In this document: in pieces, positions 53,701-64,000 of the stretch
Position numbering within the stretch: position 1 is the stretch's first letter
Layout of the letters: each line of letters opens with the position of its first letter
Origin: Daphnia carinata
Lineage: Eukaryota
Length of the DNA: 64,000 nt
Direction of reading: 5' to 3'
NCBI RefSeq assembly: GCF_022539665.2
Contig: NC_081333.1
Coordinates: 8,556,001-8,620,000 of the forward strand
The notes under the pieces: generated by a model
The model's database searches: none
What the model saw: only the letters and a program-made list of their open reading frames with translations
Told to the model about the DNA's origin: nothing
Translations under genes and position numbers: made by a program

Positions 53701-56700
53701 TATTAATCCATCTGACTTTCCTATCGGAGGTTCCGGTAAATGGACCATAGAAATAAATCGAAATACTACGGAGGCAACAAAAGGAGCCAAAATTTTAGAA
53801 TCTTCAATAAAATTCCTTTTGTTTATTGGCTTTCATTATGCGCTGTCCAGACTCCTTTTCCTGGATTAAAGCATCATGACTTTAGCATGAATTTTGAAAG
53901 GGTCTTGTGTAATAAACGTCAGAAACATTATCGGAGTAATTTGAACGAAATGTTAGAGGAAGAAACGGTCAATCAACCCGAGACTTTTACAAAATCCCTC
54001 GCTCCCGCGGGAACACGAAGCTTAGAACAAAATGCTCGACGTACGCTGCGTGTTTATTGAATAAAGGCAATGAAGACGGGGGAGCATAAAATTGTTTGTT
54101 ACGTTGGATTTGTTAGTGCGATGGACAAAGTTCCTCATAGCAAAATGTGTTGGCAATAATCAAAGATTTTGCGTTACACCATTGCGAAAACGAATCACGA
54201 TTTATTTATGTGACTTGTCCAAATGGAAAAGAAGAAAACACGTAATTTTAAGTCTTTCGTTTTAAATTCTTGGGTTAGTTGGTTTCTACGCACACATGCA
54301 CACGTGACACGCCTTCTTAACGTTTCTTCGTCTACCGATGTTTTTCCTGAGACCCACATACACGCAATTCAATTAAAAGAAGAAAAAAAGAATCTCGAAG
54401 TTCTTAAACGCGTTTTCCATTCTTGAGAAAAGAACTACCGTAGTCAACTATAAATCACGACTGCAATATTTTTTTTATTACCTCCCTTTGCTTTACATCC
54501 GTGAGCAGCTGGTGCTATTTTTTTTTTATTGAAAAGTTGAATATCAAACGGTTAGCTTGAATATGGATTTATGAAAGAAAACGGAAACGGTCCCGGTAAT
54601 GGTGGATTTCTAAAAGATTTGCATACAAAAGGCAACCGTTTCCGTTTTTCAACCAGTATGGCACAAAGTAACAACTCCTGCGTGAAATTGCCGTGTCATA
54701 TCTTTCCTGAACGAACGTTCATTTTCAAGTTTCAATACGAATCGATGGAACAATATAAACGCATTTACATTTTTAGTGCTTTCAAATTTTTAATAGGGTT
54801 TATAGTCAACGGAATTTACACATCTAGCACCTTGTGCTCAAGAGAGCGTTGATTTTGCATTTCATAAAAATTATTATGGGAGATTTACTACAGACTAGCT
54901 AAAATCACGATAGAGATTGCGACAAAATCAGTTGAAAAATCTTATCTGCGCACATGTCTGTTATTGTGTTCTCACATGTCTAATCAAGTGAAAAGGAGAA
55001 GTGCATGTCTACAAGAAAAAAAAAATGTGGCAGAAAAACGTGACCATGTTGCTGAATAAATGTTTTAAAATAGAATGGAAAAACGAACGATGTTTTAACG
55101 ATTAGATCTGTCTAGTCTGTTGGGATGTTTCATTTTAAACACGAAAAAACTTTCAGATCTAACAATTTTCGTTTTCTCTTATTTCTTTTTTGTTTTAAGG
55201 ATTTTTTTGTTTGGCTAGTAGAGCGTAAACGATGTCGATGCTAATCATAACTCCTTTCCACCGCCCTAGCTAACCGCTAATGAATGTGTAGATTTCTGCG
55301 GCGTGACTAAAGCCGGAACTTGAGGGGCCCTCGACGAACCGAAAAAAGCAAGAATCAAGCACTAATGAAGGTTAACATCGACTACTTTGTGCCTTTATTC
55401 AATAATAGCCAGCGAAAGGGCGGTGGGAATTTCCCAAACTGCGAAACACATCTAACTGACGACCACAGAAAAGCTGTTCGTTCCCATGACTAGCTCATAT
55501 AGACCTACTCAGGACCTCCCGGCTTGAATCTTGATAAAGCTTTTTCTTATTCACCCCAACCACCCTATCTTTTCTTAAGCTAGTCTGAAAGGATATAAAT
55601 GGCTAAAATCTTGACTACAGTTATTTTAAGAATATCTACAGCAACTGTTGGATTCAAATGTACGGACTACCCTTGCACATTGTTTTGTTTAAGCTTCCTT
55701 CCCCCTTTCCCTCCATCATGCGAATAAATCGTTCGTCAGGGAATCGAATCTTAGTCTTCCTAAAAGACACCACAACGATATGACAATCCACCAAATATTG
55801 CAGAATCAACTTACAAATAAATAGTTTAAAGGTCAAAGCTTGAATAATACACCGTCTGATGCAAATATCAAGTAGCAAACGAGGTATAGTGTAATAAATA
55901 AACATGAGAATGGCCAATACCAACAGCGTTCGTCCAACAGCCAAAGAACTTTCTGCCAAGTTTTTGTCCCCTTGCTTCTATTGTGAAGGACAGACAGACC
56001 GCATGAAAGGAGAGCTTGATTCGTTCTCCAAGGAAACCAAAAAACAGATAAAATAAAATAAAATAAAACGAATAGATACGTCCACCTTTACGCCGAAATG
56101 AATCTCCTGCGAATTTATCCAGCCCGATAAACCCGGTTACCCAAGAAAGACTTATCGGGCTGTCGGTCGTTATTCGAGATAAGCCACGTACAAACGAATG
56201 AATCTGGGTGGTAAGAGTTTGTCTTGTAGTACGTAGTGACGTACTTCGTCTCACAATTCAAAGCCTTGCCAACTACAATGTTTTTATAATGGCGGAACAA
56301 CAAGAAGATGGCCCAAACGGGAGTTTTGTTGTTCTGACACATGTATGCACATGTTCCGTAAAATACTCGCTACGCTATATTTGATTAAATCGTGGATAAG
56401 CACATCAATCATGACCAGCTGCGTCCCGCGAACAGAATGCAAAATAGATTTTTAAGTGGGAAAAAACCGTTTTAAATAGATGCCCAGGGAATTTCAGGCC
56501 TACTCCCCACTTGAACTTTTAAAACTTAAGCGCGCATATCGTGTTTTCGGAGACGAACCAGAAAGCACTCTTTAAACAGAAAATGGAGAAAGATATCGTT
56601 CGGAAAAAGCTATTCCACGTACGTGTTAAATCCCACGAAAAATAGTTACAACATCAACATCGTGAAAAGAAAAACGAAAATCTTACCTGAATGAAATGTT

Positions 56701-56728
56701 GCACGGACTCCAACAACATGCCATACAT
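47722..56728 (-). CDS. Atypical soluble guanylyl cyclase, Gyc89D-type, copy D (most canonical; introns 1 and 2 are ~3.3 and ~2.6 kb)
   Basis: Exon 1 [14 protein letters not shown] (56728-56687), close to the recalled Drosophila Gyc89Da/Db start; exon 53430-53206 [14 protein letters not shown]; exon 50631-50457 [19 protein letters not shown]...[15 protein letters not shown]; cyclase [26 protein letters not shown]; ends LPSVGEPE* (TGA 47724-47722). Confidence 0.92.
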
Positions 56729-59700
56729 GGCTGTAGCGCAGGAATTATTCGAATCTTGGAGGTAAGAAACTAGCAATTAAGCGTGACGAAGATGACTGCT
56801 TCTTCAAACGGGATTCGTAGAAATGCTGTAAATTCGTTTTTCTTTAGTGTAATCCTGTCCAAACAGAGAAAGCCCGTCGGCTTTCCGTTCACGATTGGAT
56901 GGTCAGCGCAGACGTCTCGCAATGCATCAACGTTACATTAGTTCCTGCTCCGCGTTGCCAGTTACAAACAGACGAGCGAAGATCAAAGTGCGAGATGGCT
57001 AGTGTCAGTCAGGATGGCTAGCATCCGTTTGGGAACTTCCTCATGGGCGTTGGCACAAGTCTCTCGCCTCTTTTTGCGCTCTTGTTGAATACATTGGCGT
57101 CGGGCATGCGCATCAGCCATACCTTTGGACAACAAAATAGTTGGACGTCATGAAGCATTTTCTGTCACGTTATCTCATATGAAACGAGAAATATTTTACG
57201 AAGACGTACAGGAAAAAAAAATTAAAAGGAATGACAGAAAGAACAAAAATGAAAAAATAATTGGCTCTTAACGCAAAGTATCGCGTGCTATCTTTGGGAC
57301 CATCCGTAAAGAAATACTCATCGTTTTTTTTTTTTTTTTTTTAAACTAGAGCGATAATACAATAAGTTAATGTCAGAAACAAAAATTAACAATAGTCTAT
57401 TTTACATTTGCAGCCATCATCAACGTATTAACAAAGAAAAGCCCTTACTAATAATAGCTCGTTAAATAAACTATCGCTGCAGACATCTAAACGTAACTTA
57501 CTTGCATCAATTGCAAATCTTTGTAGCAGCTGAAATAGCACATTATACGCAGATGTTGAAAATTGGGGAACTGCCAACGAGATGCGAAACGAGAGTGTCA
57601 ATAACTTCCTACCTTCGCTTTCCAAACTGCAATGAACTGCTGAATCGAAAGCATTGACAAGTGAGAGAACAGTTGGCAATGGCGTTGGGGAATGGGAACG
57701 CACCCGTACCTTTTCATTTAAAGGGGAAAGGTACGGTAACATCTTCGAAAAAGGTCAAATCGAAGCTACCACCCCCTCTCTAACACAGGGGTTGGGATCT
57801 CAAAAGTAGAAAAATAGGAAAAAGATTATGGAAAAAAGAAGGAAAGGACGAAAAACAAAATTTTTGTTCATTACCTTACCCTTTCCTTTGACACAACAAA
57901 CCAAAAGGTGGGACATTGTTGAGTGGGTAATCTGTTGAATATTCATGAGGCAATGTTTTGTATTTTTACCCGCTGTGTCTTATTTGTTTCAAATTTCGTT
58001 TATGCTTCAAGTCATTCGCAGGCGCACACGCAAATGAGCTGCAGCTTTCTAAGGTGTACGACATGCAAATACAAGATAACGCCATTAAACGGAATAATAA
58101 CTGTATCCTCATTAATAAGGAAATTTAAACCTATTGATTATAGATAGAGTTACATAGTGTGTCGCAGGTTGAACCATCATACAGTACCGATAGCCATCTT
58201 TCTCTTATTTTGATATCTCGTTCTCTCAGAAGCAGAAAAAACTTGGTGATGTCAAGTTTCCTGTTAACATCAAAGTGAACAATACCTTGGCAATATAAAA
58301 CTCCCGGTTTCACATGACAATTAAATTTTAATTCCTCTAAACTTTCCTTTCGACGAAATAGAGATTCATATATTTGCATTCGTTCTATACAGGATCTGTA
58401 GCAATAAAAGTGTATTACCTTGTGGACATCGCTGCCCAAGGGACGGACAAAGAAATCTACTGGCCCGGAGCCCTGAACAAGAATGTCAATTTGCATAAGG
58501 AATGCCTAGAAGCAAGCCTGTTTTTGAAAATCTGCCCACAGCCTTTTTCCTATGTTTAATGTAGATTCTCCACCGGAATCACTACATAAAACATCCGTCC
58601 AACACCGTCTTCCCTCTTTAAGGCTATGTAAGGTTCCTATCCCATACCTTACATCTTCCTACGCTAGCCTACACTCCAGGCTTAAGGGAAGAGTGGGATT
58701 TTTCTTTTATCTTTGGATCTTTTGTTTTCCACTCGTCACATCTTGGTCGCTTCATCCGTTGTACTGATCCACATTTTGATCCACAATCGGCCTGAATGCA
58801 AAGCAATGTTGTTTGATTTGGAAAGTAGCCGTAAAAATACATTTTCATCTTCATCAATAAATCAAAGAAAATACATACACTTCAAGCTATTTGCATTGAC
58901 CGTTGTCTATGACGCAGCCACGAAAAGTGCGCAGGTTGCGAGATTCAACTTGTGACAATGTTTTCCTTCCATCGCGACTCATCGTTCGCATTTTAAAAAA
59001 TATTTTAATTACTTTCTGAAGCCAAAGGGCAGAGTAGAGGCAGTCAAGGCAAACAAATATTGTTCTCCCTAAAGTAACTTCCACGGGTTTTAGCCTGTTC
59101 ACATAGAAAACTAGGCCTCCTCCTTATTGCTCTTCTAGCACGTCATTTTTCCTTGCTAATCAGCCACTCCAACTAATTGGATGTCGTTGGAGCGAAGCCT
59201 GTATGCCAATGATTATGGGCGTCACCCCCACTCAATGGCTGTTTTTGTTCTTTACGGCCGTCCTCGTCGTTATCCGAGTCTTTTCACGAATATGCGCTTC
59301 CATTATTTGTTTTGTGATGTTGCAACATTGCCTGGATTTTAATATGCGCGGTAGGTAGCCATCGAGACCCAACAACGATGATCTTATCAAGTTTTGGTTC
59401 CTGCCGCTCATCTTGCAGCTGTTGCACACGTGCCACTCGTGCGTATTGTGTTTGTTTTTTTAAGATCATCTGGATATCAAACTATTTTCACTTGGATAGT
59501 TTGGGCGTGTCTATCTAAAGAGAGTGCTTGTTCGGATCATGTTGGATGACGTGGAACAACGAACGTTATATAGTGAATTCTGCGAATATTTCAAAAGCGC
59601 CTCAAGTTCCGAAGAGCATGTTTAGTCTATTATTATGTTCGCGTGGGGACTTAGAGCCATGTATTGTTGTGTATCGAAAAAAAAAGGAGGAAATAACCCA

Positions 59701-62700
59701 ATGGAGTTATTATTAGAAGAAAAAACCAAAAGTTTTCAAACGCAGACGATTGAGGCAAACTTAGCGCTAAATGCGCATTATTCTGTTGATTGAAATCGCT
59801 AAAGTTCTCGTATTACATAAATACTTTCATTTTTGGATATAAATTAAATGAATTACCCCTTTTTTTGTCTTGTTTTTGGCTGATGCCACCTAGCGTTCAG
59901 CAATTTACTCTCCGTGTTCCGGTGTCCAGTGGCTTGTTGCAATCCGCTAATGGAATGAAAAGTATAACTTGCATAATGCGCTATTTCCACGTTCCGATAG
60001 GAAGAAATATCCAGTATGAAAAATACAAGAAAAGCAGCTTCTAATTTATTTCATTCGCATCGTCGTGAATATAATAAATTTCCTATCTACAGGGGAAAAC
60101 AATTTATGATTCACTTTCACCGCCGTCAACGAACTTTAGGCTCCATCGACTGCTAAAAAACAGATTATGGCTGCTGGACTGAGCCTGAAACAAAGCATTG
60201 ATCTACTTTGATTTAAAAGACTACGAAATCAACGGTATTTAGCTTGGGCGATGGATGCATGACATGCACATCACTACTCCTTAGGGCGTGTTGCCATCTA
60301 GCGCTAGAAAACATGCTTTTCTTCTTCATAGCGACAGCCGGAATGGAATCAAGGCATATGCCATTTTGTCACAAATGTTTTAAACATATGCTTAATTTTT
60401 TTACGTGTCGAAAATGACTAAAGCGGAGTCAATGGGCTTCAGTACATTTGCTGCGGTTGTTACGTGATGAAGCAGCTATAACCCTCTGTTTTTGGTTAAA
60501 TAAAAACGCAGGGAAAAAGGAAAAATAGATTGACAACGTCAAACGATTCCATGAAAAGATGGACCATATAGCATGAAAAGATGGAACTAGAAGAAGAAAA
60601 AAAAACAAAACAAAACAAGTAGGACGTAATATCACGTCAACAGCCGGAACGAATTTCTGACGTTCTTGTTACAATATTGCCGTTGCAGACATGCGAGTTT
60701 TCAACCCAGTGCTCATAGCTAATTAGTTTCGAGAAACTGAGAAAGTTTCATTAAAAAAATACTTCTTAAATGTGTTAGCATAAATAGGGTTGGCCTGACT
60801 TCAATTGCAGTTGAGTCAAGAAGAACGTTGATTTCAGGTCGATCGAGCCTCTAAAGTTTCGTTGTTATTATACGTGTCGAAAAGTCATTAGAAACCCATC
60901 AAAGATGAAGATTCGTCAAGTTTTCTTTTGCCAACCGAATCAAAGTTTTTCGGCGCTGCATACTCAGCTAAGAACTCAATCAAAAAGTGATCTAGGTAGT
61001 TCTGCGGATTTTTTCTACCCATATCAACGTTTAACTTGAAATGTACTCTTGCTTTTGTTCACAACGTTCTGCACTATTCAAATAAAAGATATCCACTTGC
61101 CACTCACGAACGTTTTGATACTACTGTTATCCACCAGTAGGGTCTCAGACCTTTCAGGTTTAAAATTCATTTTTGGAGGCGTTTTTTCATCAAGTTTATG
61201 TAATTCGTTTTGTCATTTTTGGGACGCGGCCATCCATCACATGATGCGTGTATATTCATAGATTTGCTGCAGTGCGACTATCTAGCGTACAACAATTATC
61301 CCGCGGTTCCAAAGTCTAGACGTTTCGACTGGAAATTAGCGATTCTGTGAAAAGAAAACGGTGGGTTTCCGATGGATTCGAGCCAAACTGTACAAAACTT
61401 TTAGTCAATTAGGAACATAGAAAAAACGCAATTGTCCCATCCGGTGGAAAAAGAAAAAACGGTTTGCATACAACACTGGAACAAGGCATGTCTTGACATC
61501 AATGTCAAAACAGAGATTTTATGCAGAGTTCCGCTTTTTCTATAAGGGCAATCGAAAGAATGCAGACATTTATCCTTTACACGCAAACCTATGAAATAAA
61601 CAAAAAATCTGATAGTCATTATCCAACTTTGCTTGTTTTTAGCTATTTAATTCCAATTCGTGCTGGTATACTTTTCTATTTAAACGATGACACATGATAA
61701 ACCAGTATATCAACTATCAACTATCAACGATCAACTCAACTCGGAACCAACTCTGCAGGCATTCAATCACCTGCTAGTCAATTCTTTAGTGGATTAGCTA
61801 GAAACGAGGAAATGATTTCACGTTTTGCAAATAACAACTGTGTCTTTCTCTCCCGCCCCCCCCCCTGAATTGTATGCTGATAGTGACTAAGAAAACTTAA
61901 ACTGATATTGGATCGCTCTGCCCATGCCAGCCGGTGGATTTACTGCTCAACGAGGCTCAGAGAAGAGCTTGCTATAACGTTTTATTTTTTTTTCTTAAAT
62001 AGAACAAAACCAAAAAGGCGCAATCATGTAGTTTATTTGTATGGAGGCCATGAGAAAACTCTACTTCGATTAATTGGTATTTGATAGCGATTATCAACGA
62101 TGAACGAGTCAATGATCAATCCCTGTGGAGAAAATGGATTCGTTCCTCATTCGGTTGTTGATAATCTTAGATCATTCCCTTCTCTTTTTGTTTATTTGCT
62201 TTCGAGCAACGTTCAGCCCATGTTTTTCTTTCTCCTACTCTCTGACGTAAGAAAAAAAAGCCTTTTTATTTTGTACTGGATTTTACTGGACATTCCGACT
62301 GAGTCTACATGGTGACGTCGTTCAAATGAGAATCGCTGCGAAAAGAAACATTTTTCCATTATCTACCAATATTCCCAATGTTGACATCGAGCTTTTTCTT
62401 TTGAAAACGGCAGAGCGACTTTTATGGGACCGCGCGTGTGTCAACATCCGAAAAAAAATTTCTTTATTGTCCTGGACTTAAAAAGAAAAAAAAAGAGAGG
62501 GAGAAAAATAGCACTGTCTTCCAATTCGAGTTCATTTTTACGACGCCCGCTGGAAGAAAATGTCAGACGCCAATGCGGACGAATGTGGAATGTCACTGAT
62601 GAGGTTGTCGGACCGGATCGTAGTTTTTCCCGTTGACGGCATCTAGTTTTGCGCTAGCAATGCGTGCGTCTCTCGCTCTCTGTGTGTATGTGTGTATGCG

Positions 62701-63226
62701 TTTGGCTATATACGTGTGTGAGTTGTATGGCTACGTGTCTGTAGCCGGCCTCTGATTGGCTGTTGACGAGCGGGTTTTTCTGGAGCTTGTGTGGGGCTGG
62801 CTTGAGTCCAAAACCCCTCCACACTTTTGCTCTCTCCTTTTCTTTCCCGTTCTATCGTACAGCAGTCGTTTGTATAGTAAAAAGAAAAACAGGGAGAAGC
62901 CCGAACCCACGAGGATTGCTTGCTGCACATCCAAAAGTCATTCACGATTCGAACCTTGACCGTGCTGGAATCTAACACAAACTGTGTACAAGTGTATAAA
63001 CCCTCATTGAACCGGCGAACCCATTTTTAGACTATTCGTTTACTTATTTGCAACGTCGATTATGAGTTGATTTTCATAGAGAAATTCGAAAAGCCCAGCT
63101 TCGCCAAAACAAGGAAAATGTGTGTGTCATTTGGTGGTGAAGCGAATCCGACACTGACAAAATCGAGCACAAACTAAAGAGACATAACTTTCCAAATAAA
63201 AAGGAAGATATTAAAACGGAGAAGGC

Positions 63227-63249
63227 ATGGAACCCAGAGATCCTGAGAG
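63227..63249 (+). CDS. Possible first coding micro-exon (MEPRDPE-R/S) of a gene continuing beyond the right edge
   Basis: ggcATGG start context followed by a perfect GAG|gtaagt donor. Upstream are an Inr-like TCATTC (~62938) and a CCAAT-like element (~62754). No homology support. Confidence 0.25.
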
Positions 63250-64000
63250 GTAAGTCTTCTAACGAAACTAAAATACGTTATTTACGTTACATAATTTTCA
63301 TATGTAACAATGCGTGTTGGGGAAGAGAAAAGGATGTCGGCATTAGAAGCTGATGACGTCGTGACGAAATGCAACACGTGCTCTGTGTGCATCCTCCGGA
63401 GAGGTTGTGTCTCTGTCATATCATAGTTTTCACCCACTCGCCTGTCTCTTCCCCGAGCTTTATTTTTCTCACATGTTTTGACATCGTTGACATGCGAGAA
63501 AACAAGAAAAGACGACGCGTATAACAAAAGGACAAAAGCGGATATTTTTTTTTTCTTCCGCAGCTTCGTTATGAAAATGACTCCTCTACTTTTTTTGCTG
63601 GCAGACAATCCTGGTGACATCTCCCTATTCAAGAGGTTTCCCTTGGGCTCAATAAATAACCGTATGTTATGGATGGAATTAGTGTCGTGAAAGAAACGTT
63701 CCCATTTCTATATTGGTAAAGTTTAAAACAAAAAAAACTTACAACATTTTTAGAATATCCTTTTAAAAGAAAATGAGGAACTGATATAGAAAAATGAAAA
63801 GAAATGAACCTGCTAGAACCGAATTTTTGGTTTGCCTTCATACATAACAGTGCACACAGATGATGCTCTCTTTTGCTTTGCACACACACTGTACGCGGGG
63901 TTGAGTTATTTTCGGCTTATTTTTTTTTTCCTTCGCTCTTTGCCTTTTAAAATAAAATTCCCGCTAGCAGATTGCTCGAGCACAACACACAAAATGCAGG

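Noticed and set aside
57400..59500. Short ORFs upstream of copy D (e.g. 58374-58559, 58131-58496)
   Set aside because: No recognisable homology and no consistent exon chain.
1..64000. CRISPR arrays, tRNA/rRNA genes, prokaryotic operon or defence systems
   Set aside because: The DNA is spliceosomal-intron-containing animal sequence; I saw no regularly spaced repeats or RNA-gene signatures. A covariance-model search was not possible.

Overview
Eukaryotic, intron-rich animal DNA. The ~60-70 nt GT-AG introns, long poly(A/T) runs and gene content suggest an arthropod, probably a Daphnia-like crustacean (inferred from style, not proven). From left to right: (1) the first two coding exons of a Slit-like LRR gene (- strand), separated by a ~16.8 kb intron; (2) a compact block holding an RCC1-repeat gene (RCCD1-like, -), an RNF145/TRC8-family RING-H2 membrane E3 ligase (+), a CFAP58-like coiled-coil gene with an RFX X-box (-), and an uncharacterised ~653 aa signal-peptide protein ending in HHEL (-); (3) a head-to-tail array of four Gyc89D-type atypical soluble guanylyl cyclase genes (-, 31.6-56.7 kb). 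The array is the main point of interest. The outer copies (A, D) keep the distal-pocket Tyr linked to O2 binding. The inner copies (B, C) share a remodelled H-NOX pocket (Tyr->Phe, aromatic->Ala, PSM->PFI), which suggests a split O2 versus NO/CO gas-sensor cassette. Copy B has a 1-nt frameshift, and the paralogs differ at four intron positions. All gene models were spliced by hand from the sequence; no database search was run.
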